Source of the DNA: Octopus sinensis
Taxonomy: Eukaryota
Direction: 5' to 3'
Assembly: GCF_006345805.1 (NCBI RefSeq)
Contig: NC_043004.1
Span: 75,330,001 to 75,394,000, forward strand
DNA length: 64,000 bases
Under the pieces are notes generated by a model. That model was not told the origin of the DNA. It did not search any database and was given only the letters and a program-made list of their open reading frames with translations. The position numbers and the translations under genes are program-made. Positions 11,848 to 24,717 of the stretch are shown piece by piece (the first letter of the stretch is position 1; every line of letters starts with the position of its first letter).

Positions 11848-13369
11848 TGTGTTAAACATTTGTTCTTAGGTTTCCAGCTCTTTTGATCGCTCATATATTC
11901 TTTCTTGGTTGGAAGAGAAGGATAAAGTTCCTTCCCAAGACATAAAGTCATACGAGGCTGGTTTCTCAGTTTTTATGGTGTATATATATTCCCCCTGGAT
12001 GGGATGCCAGTCCATCACAGGGATATTCATTTTTGCCGGGTGAGTGGGGACGGAGCAATGTGAAATGAAGTGTTTTGTTCAAGAACAGAATGCAACACCT
12101 CATCCAGGAATTGAAACCATAGTCTTACGATCATTAGTCTGATGCCCTGACCACTAAGCCACGTGCTTCCGCTTTCTCTTCATTACAAACACACAATAAT
12201 CTGTGGCAACTCAGACCAATTCCAATTATCAGTATTCTTTTACTTGTTTCAGTCATCTGACTGTGGCCATGCTGGAACACTGCCTTAAAGTGTTTTAGTC
12301 AGAGAAATCATCCCCAGCATTTATTCTTTATAAGCCTAGAATTTATATAATCAGTTTGTTTTGCTGACCCACTTTATGAGGACATAAACACTCCTGCATC
12401 AGTTGTCAAGCAATGGTGGGGGTGACAAACACAAAGACACATACACGCATAAATATATAAGTGTATGATGGGATTCTTTCAGTTTCTGTTTATCAAACCC
12501 ACTCACAAGTTTTGGGATGATCCAAGGTTATATTCGAAGACATTTGCCAAAGGTACCATGCAGTGAGACTGAACCCAGAACCCTGTGGTTGGGAAGCAAG
12601 CTTCTTACTTTTTATTCGTTTCAGTCATAGGACTGTGGCCATGCTGGAGCTCCACCTTGAATGGCTTAGTTGGACAAATTGACCCCAGGGCTTAATTTCG
12701 AAGTCTGATACTTATTGTATCAGTATGTTTTGTCAAACTGCTAAGTTATGGGAATGTAAACAAACTAACACTCGTTGTCAAACAGTATGGCTGTGTGTGT
12801 ATATTGATATGTGTGTGTGTGTGTGTGTGTGTGTGAAGATACATGGCCTAATGGTTGCTAAATCATGAGTTCGATTCCTGGACTAGGCAGCTCATTGTGT
12901 TCTTGAGCAAAACACTTCATTTCATGTCGGTCTGTGGGTGGGAGAGAGGCAAAATCATTGGTTTGTTGGCAGAGATGCTTTATGGTATATCTTGTGGCTC
13001 TCTAAATTCTGAGTTCAAATCCCATCTGCCTAGAAAAGGCAGCAGAAAACCACTCCAGTATTCATCTCGTGTCCAGTCATGACAGCCAAAGTTCCAGTAA
13101 TTACTTGATGGTGGCAGGGGAGAGTAGTTGGCCTTTCAGGTCACAGAGTGAGTGCTAGAGAAGGTTCACCCACACAGGATCTCCCCAAGCGCAGACCACC
13201 ACTCCACTACATACACACATTTATATAAGAGAAGCAAGGAATAGGTTATCAAGTAAGCTCGCTTTCATGTGTGGTAGATGCGCAGGAACAATAATTACTA
13301 AGAGCACAAGGGACTTAAAATTCTCTCAAATACCCAGGAAGCTCTCTTGATGTAGGAGATAGTTTCTGC

Positions 13370-13480
13370 TATTTAAGAGACCAAATTAGTAACAGTGATG
13401 GATGCTCTGAAAGTATTGTTTCTAGAATAAGAATAAGATGGAGGAAGTTCAGAGAACTGCTACCTCTTTTGGCAGCAAAA

Positions 13481-13518
<38 letters not shown>

Positions 13519-13910
13519 AGTGAAAGGTAGGTTGTACAATGCTTGTGTGAGGACAGCGATGTTACATGGTAGTGAGACATGGGTTCTGACTGCAGAGGAC
13601 ATGCATAAGCTGGAGAGGAATGAAGGTAGTGTGCCCCACTGGATTTACAATGTCCGTGCCCATGACCTCAGAGCACAACTGTGTTGAGAGAAAAGTTAGG
13701 CATAAGAGGGATTAAATGTGGTATGCAGGAGGAGAGAAGAATGTGTTGGTTTGGATGTGTGATACATATACAGAAGTGCCTAGAGGGAGAGTCAGGAAGA
13801 AATGGGATGAAGTGGTGAGGACCGACCTTAGGATGTTGAGGCTCAAGGAGGAGACAATAGACCAAGATGTTTGGCAATATGAGGTTCTAGAGAAGACCTG
13901 TCTATGAAAC
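13370..13910 (+). mobile_element. RTE-clade LINE 3' fragment with an internal (CT)n expansion
   Basis: SIVSRIRIRWRKFRELLPLL...RVKGRLYNACVRTAMLHGSETW...KLERNE. Confidence 0.85.
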
Positions 13911-14376
13911 TGAGTGCTTGAAGGGTTGTGTCCCATCCACATGTAACAACACACCTTTCACCCATTCTACTCTAAGAAACCAAACTACAACTCCTCTTTT
14001 AAACTGCATCTTTCTCTTCCTCACATTTCCTCTTCATAAACTACAATTGTTTCCCAATCCCCTTTCTTACCCTCACTGCCCTGCTCATTGTATCACAGCT
14101 CCTCACACCCCCAACACCCACACCCTATTTTTCTACCCAGGTTCTCTGCTCAGATCCTTGTTACTTCTGAATATATATCCGAGCACTACACTATCTCTCT
14201 TCTGTTCTCTCTGACACTTTTCCCACTCTCTCTCTCTCTCTTTCCCGTCTCTCTTACCTTTGGTCACTCTCTCTCTCTCTCTCCTCTTATTTTTTCTCTG
14301 ACTGGGTAATCAAATATCTCCTTTACATCAGCACATTTGTTCCTGGCCTCTTTCTTGTACTTCTCTCTTACTCACT

Positions 14377-14425
<49 letters not shown>

Positions 14426-15974
14426 AGCAAGACACCTCTTTCTGCTTTCCTATTTCTCTGTTGCACTCTAATCTTTCATCATCTGATACTGGATCACTTC
14501 CTCTAATACCCAACTCTTTTGTGACAAGACACCTGCTTCTGTCTCTCTGTCTCTTCGTCATACTCAAATCTTTTATCATCTGACACAAGTCCCCCTCCGC
14601 AAATGCCCCTGTCCCTCTTATAATTCCTTGTATTATGAGTTACTTGGTCACCTTGCCTGTGCAGTGCTGGCGTCATGTTAAAAGCATTCAGTTCACACTG
14701 TAACGTGGTTGGCATGGTTGGAATAGCATCTAGCTATAAACATCATGCCAAAACAAACCTTGCCTGTGCTAGTGCCACGTAAAAAGTACTGAGTCTACTC
14801 TGTAGAGTGTTGGTTGATGTTAGGAAGGGCATCCAGTCATAAAACGGACACATAAGCCTCCTAAGGTAGTATTACTACCTGGCCAGCTCCTGTCAACCAT
14901 CCTATGCATACATGTAAGGAAAATGGATGTTAAACAACAACAACGATGATGATAATGATGATGATGATGATATATATATGATAGGTTTCCAGGTGGGTTC
15001 TGTCAACCAAATCCACTCACAAGACTGTAGTCTGCCTGACGTGATTATAGTAGAAGACACTTGCCCAAGGTGCCACGCAGTGGGACTTAACCCCAGACCC
15101 ATGTGAGCTTTTTAACTGCCCAACCATGCATGTGCCTATTATAAATTATCTAAGAAATTTTTCTATAACTAATTAATAAATGCATGCAATAAATACATTT
15201 ATTAATTTGTCTTTATTTTTCACCGATGGCAGCTGAATGTTTACATTTCCAGATATAAGTAATACAGTTTTTTAAAACTCATTCTTTGCAGTGTGTACAG
15301 TGAAATATGAAGTGATGTTATGCATATTTATTTTTAATATAGGTTCCAGCAGATTCAAATGCAAATATGCTACTTGCTGTTGTGTATGTCACAGGAGAAC
15401 AACTTCTTTTTTATGACAACAGTCTCTTTGGTGCAAGAGATTCTTGGTTTATTGGTGCAAGAGATTCTAAGACACCGGTGTTTTGATATGTTGTGTCCCA
15501 TCAGCCAGAAGTAGCTGGATTTTGAACCCTTTAGCATTTAGATTTCTCTGCCAAATGTAATGCTTGTTTTGAATTAATTACACATAATATCATAGCTCTG
15601 AAATTGGGATTCTATGATAGTATATTTTTAGAATGACATTATAGGGTAGGTGTGACAGGTCAAATCTGGCTGGTCTGAACAGTAAACATTAAATTTTGGG
15701 GGCTGAATATGACCAGTTTTTTAAATGCTAAACAGTTTAAGCCTAAACAAGTCACTGACTTTGTTTATAATTTCAGTGGACAAGCTATTTTCTGATCAGT
15801 GCTTATATCAACTGATAAAAAATGCAGCATTTTATTGGTTGGCAGATATAAACACTGATCAAAAAACAGTTTGTTCACTGAAATTATAAACAAAGCATTA
15901 GAATCTGCCAGAATGTACCATAAATAAATATGAATAATCATTGTGAATAATGAATAATCATTATTAGAAAATAA

Positions 15975-16195
15975 TTAAGGCAGTGAGCTGGAAGAATTGT
16001 TAGCATGCTGGATGAAATGCTTAGTGGTATTTTGACTGTCGCTACATTCTGAGTTCAAATTCTGCCAAGGTCAACTTTGCCTTTTATCCTTTCAGGACTG
16101 ATAAACTGAGTCCCAGTGAAAGACTGGGGTCAGTGTAACCGACTAGTCCCCTCCCCCAAAATTTCAGGCCTTGTGCCTATAGTAGAAAGGATTAT
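15975..16195 (+). mobile_element. tRNA-derived SINE, family A (GGCxGxGAGCTGGCAGAA head). Other copies: about 1950-2210(+), 31050-31260(-), 31290-31480(-), 31620-31830(-), 37310-37450(-), 41325-41520(-), 44545-44990(+, x2), 54480-54690(+), 61615-61835(-), 62060-62190(-), 62698-62888(-)
   Basis: A-box-like TGGCAGAA and B-box GAGTTCAAATTC, then a conserved GTCGACTTTGCCTTTCATCCTTTCGGGGTCGAT core repeated throughout the window. Confidence 0.85.
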
Positions 16196-16286
16196 TACGA
16201 AAATAATTAATTGATAAGAACTAATAATTCTTTTATGACAATAGAAGACTTCATCCAAACATACTTGGTAGAAAGATGATACTAAC

Positions 16287-16495
16287 CTTGTGGTTGCAAA
16301 GATGAATGGAAAATTTTCAATCTTTGAGGAATTTCAGAAGTATTGTGATATATTTCTGTTAAAGTGGAAATGCTACCATTTTTATTCATCTTCATAATTT
16401 TACCCTTATTCAAATCAGCCCAAAAGAGATGGCTTTCAAAATGTGTTATTGCCACAGGTGATGGAATATATTTTCCTCCCGCAATGATTTCAAAT
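16287..16495 (-). CDS. LRP2: LRP2/megalin-like exon: end of propeller 1 (FEIIAGGKYIPSPVAITHFESHLFWAD...IFHSSLQPQ)
   Basis: Acceptor gtttttgtAG, donor G|GTTAGT, 209 nt, phase 2-1. Confidence 0.93.
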
Positions 16496-16719
16496 CTACA
16501 AAAACATGGATGAACATAACAATTATAAGAATTTATGATACGGAAGAGAATTTTTTGCAATTATAATTGTTTCTTATTTATTGCTAATGGATCATACATG
16601 AAATTCTTGCTATTTTCTGAGAATCAACAGCCAATGCTTTATCTAGAAAATGGTTCGTAAATAAATTATTGCATTCATGAGTCAAACGTAATCCTTGATC
16701 AGCATCAAGTCATCTTTTA

Positions 16720-16990
16720 GTGGTTACAGTATTGATGGTCATAAAGTCAAGGGTTCAATTCCTGGAGGTACACCGTGTCCTTAAGCAAGGCACTTCATTC
16801 CACTTTGCTCCAGTCCATTCAGCTGGCAAAACTGCACTTTACTTGTAATTCAAAGGACCAGCTTGTCACATTCTGTCACACTGAATCTTCCAGAGAACTA
16901 TGTTAAGGGTACACATGTCTACAGAGTACTCAGCCACTTGCAGGTTAATTTCATGAGTAGGCTGTTCCATTGACTGGATCTACTGGGACC
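16720..16990 (+). mobile_element. tRNA-derived SINE, family B (CCTTGAGCAAGACACTT core). Other copies: about 4450-4760, 11970-12170(-), 12840-12930, 17290-17620(-), 32285-32760, 41040-41290
   Basis: GGTTCAATTCC B-box followed by TGTCCTTxAGCAAGxCACTT...GCTCCAGTCCAxTCAGCTGGCAAAA. Confidence 0.75.
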
Positions 16991-17743
16991 CTCGCTGTCC
17001 TAACTAATGGAGTATCAGTTGTCCAGTAGACTTTCAGAGTAGCCATCACTGTCTCATGCAGAAGGAAAGGGATAAGAAATTGGCTGGTTGTTTCCTTCTG
17101 TGAAACAATTTTTTTTATCCAAAACATTTGATATTTTTTTTTATATTTTTGCCCTTCAATTTCATGAACTTTTCCAGCAAATGTTTTTGGCACGTTTTTT
17201 CCATTCCAAAATTCTACTGATCAACTATGGCACCAATTTTAGGAATATGGTAGTTTATTTACTAATCCTTTAATATCCATAAAGGATAAGGAACCAGTGC
17301 TCCATTGGTTGTGATGACAAGAGTCCAGTGACCAGATCAATGGAACAGCCTGTTCATGGAATTAAAGTGCAAGTGGCTGAGTACTTCATAGACATGCATG
17401 CCCTTAATGTAGTTCTCAGGGAGATTCAGCATGACATAGAATGTAATGAGGGGGGCCCCTTTTAAATTTCAAGTACGACTCATTTTTGCCAGCTGGGTGG
17501 ACTGGAACAATATGAAATAAAGCATCTTGCTCAAGGACACAATATGCCATCAGGAATTGAACTCATGACCTTACAATAATGAGCTGAATACCTGAACCAC
17601 TAAGCCATCTGCCTTCAAAAAGACAACCAAACTCACTGGGAATATTAAGCGTCTTATTTGTGGCATGGCATAATAATAATCTGACACAAATAACATGTGA
17701 GGAACTTGAAGTAAAGTGAAAGCTGACTATTTAAGAATGTTAC

Positions 17744-17953
17744 CTGTTTAATCCGTTGTAATCAAAGGTCAGCATCTGGTCGAAATGGCTATCAATGAAA
17801 TAAATCCTTTTGGAAATAACATCAGCAGTAATTCCACGTGGAAAGGTATACTTCGATGTTTTAAAATACACCATGTTACTTCCATCCATAAAAGCTCGGT
17901 AAATACCATTGACCCTTTCATAGCTGTATCCCCAAAGAGTAACGAACATATAT
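17744..17953 (-). CDS. LRP2: LRP2/megalin-like exon: propeller blades (YMFVTLWG...IYRAFMDGSN...FPRGITADVISKRIYFIDSHFDQMLTFDYNGLNR)
   Basis: Acceptor cttttaacAG, donor AG|GTAACA, 210 nt, phase 2-2. RAFMDGSN and DxISKR match the megalin first propeller as remembered. Confidence 0.95.
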
Positions 17954-18059
17954 CTGTTAAAAGAAGAAGCACATTATTACATATATATGAGTAAATTGTC
18001 AAACACACACACACACGTATATATATACACACACACACACACACTCACATACATTCATT

Positions 18060-18340
18060 GCGTGTTACTGCCCGACTAACACAAGTGATGAGAAACTTGC
18101 AGATGACTTCTACTCCGATCTGAAGGGAGTAACGGAAAGTGTCTCTTTCCACTTCAATGGCCAAATAGGGAGGGATGATGCTCCGTTCACCTATAACAAA
18201 GAGACTAACCGGAACGGGATAAAACTGATTGATTTTGCTCACAAGTTCCAACAGTAGATTGCAAACACAAGGTTCATGAAACACCCAAAGTGGTTGTGGA
18301 CATTGCCACATCCATCTGGATCTTATTCACAAATTGACTA
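18060..18340 (+). mobile_element. RTE LINE apurinic endonuclease fragment
   Basis: ADDFYSDL...FNGQIGRDDAPFTYNKETNRNG...IANTRFMKHPKWLWT...SQID, with a stop. Confidence 0.8.
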
Positions 18341-18975
18341 GTGACCGGGATAACTAGTGACCGGGACCTCTGGAAATATGCTGTGCTGCAGAAGACTCGG
18401 CAAGCACAAGTGTGACCATAACCTTATGGCCTATGCTAGGGGTGTAGCCAATCCACTTGTGCATGCCTTTTCTTCATTGGACACTAAACTTTGCTTGTGA
18501 AGACAAGTTGAGACAAGTGAAATCGAAGTCGAAATCAAACTCAGTGATGGCATCCGTTGCTAGTGGAGCGCTAAGAGTACCATACGAGTGAGATCGTTGC
18601 CAGAGCAACAAGCTGGCCTTCATGCCGATGGCACGTTAAACATACCATTCGAGCGTGATCATTACCGCGTCGCATTACTAGCACCTGTGCTGGTTGCACG
18701 TGAAACATTCGAGCGAGGTCGTCGTCAGTGCCACTGGACTGGCTCCTGTGCAGGTGGCACATAAAAAGCACCAGTTGGGCGTGGCCGTTGCCAGTACCAC
18801 CAAACTAGCCCTCGTGCCAGTGGCACGTAAAAGCACCCATACACTCTCGGAGTGGTTGGCATTAAGAAGGGCATCAAGCTGTAGAAACTCTGCCAGATGA
18901 GATTGGAGTCTGATTCGCCAGAACTCGGTCAAATCGTCCAACTCATGCTAGCGTGGAAAGTGGACGTTAAATGAT

Positions 18976-19006
<31 letters not shown>

Positions 19007-19350
19007 ACTACATACTTGTGAGAAACAAGTGGAAGAACTATCCATAATGCACAGGCTAATTCCAATTTATGGGATATGGGGCATGAGGTAGGGTTAATGA
19101 AATTTAAAAAAACATTTCACTATCGTTTTAAAATTAAGTTTCATTTTCTGTTTTTTAAAAAAGCAAGTGTGGATTCTAATGGTATTTCACTGATTTCCAA
19201 ATTTCTATTTTTTAACCCTCAAGACATTTCCCATCGATTTTATGGGAATAGGGCAAAAAAATGGTCAAAAACTATTGTGAAAATTATCCAGCAGCAACGG
19301 GATACTCAGCTAGCATAAATATATTCTTTCAACCAACCTATGGTTAGTTG

Positions 19351-21916
19351 GAACTCCTCTATTGGTTCAGATCATAGAGTTGTTTCCATATGCACTGTTC
19401 TCAGCCTTAGAACATCAAAGCCACCAGCCCCAAACCCCATGAAACAGATGGTCTGGTCCAAGGTATCATCAAATAAAGACTTAGTGCACTTATTTGCTGT
19501 AGATGCTAAAAACTGTTTTGAAATGATCTCAGAGCACTCTGACGACATTGAAACACAATCTAATGACCTCATAACAGCCACAGATAAAATTGCCCTTTCA
19601 AAACTACTAAAAAAAGGAAAGAATAACGCACAGATCAATTCATGCAGATGTCCATGTGAGAGAAGCAAGGAAGCATCTAGAAAGATTGAAATTTAGACAT
19701 GAACAGAGGTCTACTAAAAATAACTTCAAAGATGCTTCTAAAGCTCAAGGAACACTAGATGAGGCATGTGCCAATGTAGAAACAGATTACATTAGATGAG
19801 ATTAACAAAATTGCAAACATGCATACTGCAAAGCAACATTCTGTAGTGTGGTAATTAATAAGCACACTAACTGGAAGAAAATTTAAGCCCTCTATCAGGC
19901 TTAAATGTGGTTCCTCAGAGAAGTTCAAGGCCAACTGGTTTGACCACTTTCAGAAACTTCTTGGAGAACTGCTACAAACTAATGGTCTTCCACTCCCTCT
20001 ACACTAAATATCTAATGTATTAGACACCAACACGGACCTTTTCATATTGGATGAGCTCAAAGTAGCTCTCAGTAGTTTGGCAAACAATAAATCTCCCCAA
20101 GACTTGATAACATACCAACATTACTGTGCAAAGATCCAATATTTCATGAAACCTTACTAGGTTTCTGCAACAACACATATACACATCATTTGCCTCCATC
20201 AGCTTGGTTGAAGAGTGGAATTGTCCCTCTTCCCCCAAAAGAGGTGATCTAACAAGTGCAGCAAATTATAGAGGCATTACTCTGATCCCATTTGCAGCAA
20301 AAGTTTATAACGAACTTCTGCTTAATAGGATTGTACCACTTCTTCGTAGGAATCAGAATTGATTTAGAAGGGGCCAGCCAGCAACTGTTCAAATCCTTTC
20401 TATCCGTCACATACTGGAAGAAATGAAAAAGTTTAACATGAGCATCACAATCTGTTTTGTCGACTTTCACGAAGTATTTGATTTCATCAGCAGAGATCTT
20501 ATGTTTAAAATCCTTTCACATTTTGGTATTCCTCACAGGATTGTTGATGCTATCAGAACTCTGTACACAAACACCCCTGCCATAATTATATCTGCTGATG
20601 GAGAGACTGATTTCTTTGAAGTTGAAGCAGACGTTCAGCAGGGTGACACACTCATTCCTTTCTTGTTCATCATTGTTCTCGACTATGTTCTACAGATTTC
20701 CCTAGATGGTATGGAGAAAAAGGGGCTCCTTTTAAAACCCCGCCAGAGCAGTAGGCATTGTGCACAATATTTAACTGATCCTGACTTTGCTGACGAGCTG
20801 GCCTTGATATCCCATTGTATTAACGATGCAGAATCTTTGTTACAAGCACTGGAGAAAGCAACAACCCAGGTCGGCTTTTACTACAATGTGAGTAAGACAG
20901 AGTTTATCACAACCTCCTCCAAGTCAACTTAAGTCGCTCAGGCGAGCTGGTAGAAACGTTAGCATGCCGGGCGAAATGCTTAGCAGTATTTAGTCTGTCG
21001 TTACGTTCTAATTTCAAATTCCGCCGAGGTCGACTTTGCCTTTCATCCTTTCGGGGGTCGATTAAATAAGTACCAGTTACGCACTGGGGTCGATGTAATC
21101 GACTTAATCCGTTTGTCTGTCCTTGTTTGTCCCCTGTGTACGTAGCTCCTTGTGGGTAGTAAAGAAATATATTTTAAGGCGGTGAGCTGGCAGAAACGTT
21201 AGCAGGCCGGGCGAAATGCCAAGCGGTATTTCGTCTGCCGTTACGTTCTGAGTTCAAATTCCGCCGAGGTCCACTTTGCCTTTCATCCTCCCGGGGTCGA
21301 TAAATTAAGTACCACTTACGCACTGGGGTTGATATAATCGACTTAATCTCTTTGTCTGTTCTTGTTTGTCCCCTCTATGTTTAGCCCCTTGTGGGCAATA
21401 AAGAAATAATATATCAATCAAAAACGTTGATGACTTCAAATACCTTGGATCACACATAGTAGACTCCCAAAAGGACTTTCATATCCGCAAAGCTCTTGCT
21501 TGGAAGGCATGTAACAGAATTGATAAGATTTGGCACTTGAAACCTTCCACGCACGTTAAAATATTTAGAACATTGATTGAGCTGGTCCTTCTCTATGGAT
21601 CAGAGACATTGGCTCTCTTGAAAAAAACAACTGGATGGAACATATACCAACCTACTCAGAAAGATACAGAACATCACCAATATCCATCAAGCTAAAGCAT
21701 AAATGGCTACAATTTGCTGGCCACTGTCATCGAGCAGAGAAAGAGGTTATCTCATCCCTGCCCCTATGGCATCCCTCTGGAAGTGTTTTCTCCGGGAAAC
21801 TGACATTTCCAGGTACTATATCTCAGGACTCAGGGCTGGACACAGCAATGCAGGACCGTGTAGTGTGGAAAGACACTGTCAGTGGAGTTCCAACTAACCA
21901 TAGGTTGGTTGAAGGA
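19351..21916 (+). mobile_element. RTE-clade LINE (end of endonuclease, RT and C-terminus), degenerate
   Basis: SIGSDHRVV, NYRGITL, FVDFHEVFD, VQQGDTLIPFLFIIVLDY, DFADELAL, FKYLGS, LLYGSET and LQFAGHCHR motifs, with stops and frameshifts. Confidence 0.92.
20939..21408 (+). mobile_element. Two tandem family-A SINEs inserted in the RTE RT
   Basis: Two complete head-to-AAAGAAATA-tail copies interrupt the RT between TTSSKST and NVDDFKYLGS. Confidence 0.9.
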
Positions 21917-22574
21917 ATATATTTATGCTAGCTGAGTATCCCGTTGCTGCTGGATAATTTTCACAATAGTTTTTGACCATTTTTTTGCCCTATTCCCATA
22001 AAATCGATGGGAAATGTCTTGAGGGTTAAAAAATAGAAATTTGGAAATCAGTGAAATACCATTAGAATCCACACTTGCTTTTTTAAAAAACAGAAAATGA
22101 AACTTAATTTTAAAACGATAGTGAAATGTTTTTTTAAATTTCATTAACCCTACCTCATGGCCCATATCCCATAAATCCTAAAATTCCAGCTTGTTTCAAA
22201 ATTTTTTAATCATAGTTTTAGAATATGGACAGTCCAAATCTGTAAGTTGTCTCTGCTTATAATTTCAAAATAATTTTCAGGCAAAAAGTGTATGATTTAA
22301 AAGAGATTTAGCTGGTGTTTCTCGCACATTCCATGACCACCGGGTTCCTTCCTTATTTCTTTATCAATGACATGTTTTGAGTATTGATGCTTTTTAATAT
22401 TTTTCTCTACAGTAAACACATTTTATAGAATGATGATGCAGTGGGCCATTGCTGGTATTTAAGCAACACCAACAAAAAAATTTGACATTTAAATGTTTAA
22501 CCCCACACTCCACATCAAGAAAGTCCGTGTGTGTGCGTGTGTGTGCGCGCGCGCGCGTGTGTGTGTGTGTGTGC

Positions 22575-23990
22575 GCATTAAAGCTTTCATCCTCGAAATA
22601 CCAGGACGTCCAACATGAAATTCCCACATCATTTTCTTTCGTACTGCGTCAAGTATCACTACTCTCTGTGCATACATCAGTACGCCATCACAAATTGAGT
22701 ATAGGTTCATGTCTTGCTTTTCTTTCACACCAATCCTGTTTCTTTCTATTCACAGTGCACTTCTACGTGTCCAATGGAAGCATTACGCTTTCTTAAATGG
22801 ACAGGTTTTTTCCCTCAGGTGTAGACCTCCACATGCGAAACATGGGTTTGTTTCCTGATTTCTGTCTTGTTTGTACTGTATTTTAATACATACTTGATAT
22901 CTATTCTGCCTGTTTCGCACTTCTTTCACTTGGGAGCAATATTTATATTCCATTTTCTCTTTGCCGCGTTTTAAATTTAATATTCTTTCACTCTTCTGAC
23001 AATTGTTGTAGGGTTACAGCTTGGTTTTTTTCCCCAGTTTAGTGAGATTTCTTCTTCTTACTTTTGCGTCATTTTCTGCAGTTAGTCCCTGAATAAATAT
23101 CAGACACTTGAACGTATCTGGCATTAATTCGTCCAGTTTGAACTCTTCACATTTTCTGTTAACTCTATCAGCATATGTGATGTAGTCCACCACGTTGTTC
23201 TTTTCTAGGTTCAAACATATCCAGGTTGTACTGAACAACGAACTTTTCTCGCTAAACCTTTTACACAATATGGCTATTGTATTTTTAAAGTTTATGTCAG
23301 AACGTTTTTTAGGAAAGTACATCATTGCTGTGACACTCATGTTCTCCCGCTACCAGGTTTCTTAAAATTAAATGCGTTTTCATATCATCGTTCCAATCTT
23401 TACTCTCTTTATTAAAGATTTGTTCATATCTTCTATAATACACCTCAAAGCTAACTCCTTCATCTGGTTCATACTTAAATTCTGTTATTGAGTTTGCAAC
23501 ATAATCTGACGAGAACATCTTCTTAGTATTTTCTGGGGTAATTGTTGTTGTTCTTGCAGTTATAGCTGTTGTTGTTGTTCTTTCAGTTGTTGTTGTTGTT
23601 GTTGTTGCAGTTTTTGCAACTCAAGAAACTAGCCAACAATTTTTCCAAAATTTTACGATTTTTGTATACCATAAGATTTACACAAAACTTTTGTGAGTTC
23701 CGCAATTCCTTGTGAGTTACTTAATTCCTCATGAGTTTCTTAATTACTCCTCGCCACTGCTGTAATCCTTTGTTGGACTGTCAAAACACTCACTCAGGTA
23801 TAGCAGTACAGTTAATTAGGCAAGTAAGACCATGACTATCTATGACTGCCTCCTTCGTACTCTCTACTGCTGACACTGACTGACAGAATTTTATAATGAC
23901 TATCACATACCACTCATCACATGGGAGGGGTGTGCCATTATTACTGCTATCCCCCAAAATACAGAATAACTCAAAAACTGAGATTTTTAT
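22575..23990 (-). mobile_element. Internally deleted Ty3/Gypsy LTR element: probable 5' LTR remnant, PBS, gag and integrase zinc-binding fragment
   Basis: TGGCGAGGAG PBS-like motif at about 23747-23756 right after ...TTACAGCA. Gag-like FEVYYRRYE..W.DDMKTHLILRNL and FKCLIFIQGL. Integrase-like GVLMYAQRVVI...EFHVGRPGISRMKALMR. LTR outer edge is approximate. Confidence 0.8.
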
Positions 23991-24072
23991 GTGTCAGCAT
24001 TTATCAAACTAGTGAAAGACCGAGGGGTTGTGAATTGATATAACAGTGATAATAGTAAGTAAAAGCTTGAAG

Positions 24073-24599
24073 CCACTTCAACATGGCTGTTCCATTCAAA
24101 TGGACATCACTGCGAGTTTTTAACCCCAAGAGGACATCTCTAGCTGGTTAAAGTTACACACCTGCATCCGATATATTGCGAGCAGTGGAACGAACCCCTC
24201 TACAACTTTCTAGCGATGGGACCAATATACCAGTCTAATTTCAGTATATTTCTGCCTCTCTTCAATACTGGACACCTCGTCTGCTAGAGATCTTGCTGCG
24301 AACACACAGTTGCTGATCTTGCAACAAGCAAAACAGATAGTTCGAAAACCTCTTTAAGAGATCAATACAGTAGTTGTTCTAGAAAGCAATGTTCGTAGCC
24401 AATTCAATATGGTTGTTTTGTTCGAATGGATTTATTGCGATTTTTTAACCGAAAGAGGCCATCTCCTCTAGTTGGTTAACGATGCACACCTGCATCTGAT
24501 ATATTGTAGGGGTTCGCTCCCCTACTCGCATCACTGACCAGCTAGCGGTTAAAAAATCGTAGTAAAGTCCGTTCGAAAGGAACAGCCATGTTGAAGTGG
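24073..24599. mobile_element. MITE-like element with about 53-bp TIRs and an internal third copy of the terminus
   Basis: CCACTTCAACATGGCTGTTCC at 24073 and its exact reverse complement ending at 24599. Diverged direct copy at about 24400. Confidence 0.7.
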
Positions 24600-24717
24600 T
24601 TATTAACATTACTTGCTAGTACAACTACTGCCTTCATCTCTTTATGAGATTTTAGAACTAGCGATAATAGTATTTCTCCGGATAGTTCTGGGGAAAATTA
24701 TAGAAACAGTTACAATG

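Larger units (their letters stand above)
19065..22176. repeat. 293-bp inverted repeat pair (19065-19357 / 21884-22176)
   Basis: Identical 80-aa ORFs on opposite strands in the ORF track. Two mismatches seen by eye. Confidence 0.95.

Noticed and set aside
20939-21010. SINE heads as tRNA genes
   Set aside because: A/B boxes are present, but there is no complete cloverleaf and each continues into a SINE body.
19076-22165. Identical 80-aa ORFs (MGHEVGLMKF...) as a duplicated gene
   Set aside because: They are a by-product of the inverted repeat: alternative start codon, AT-rich, no recognisable domain.
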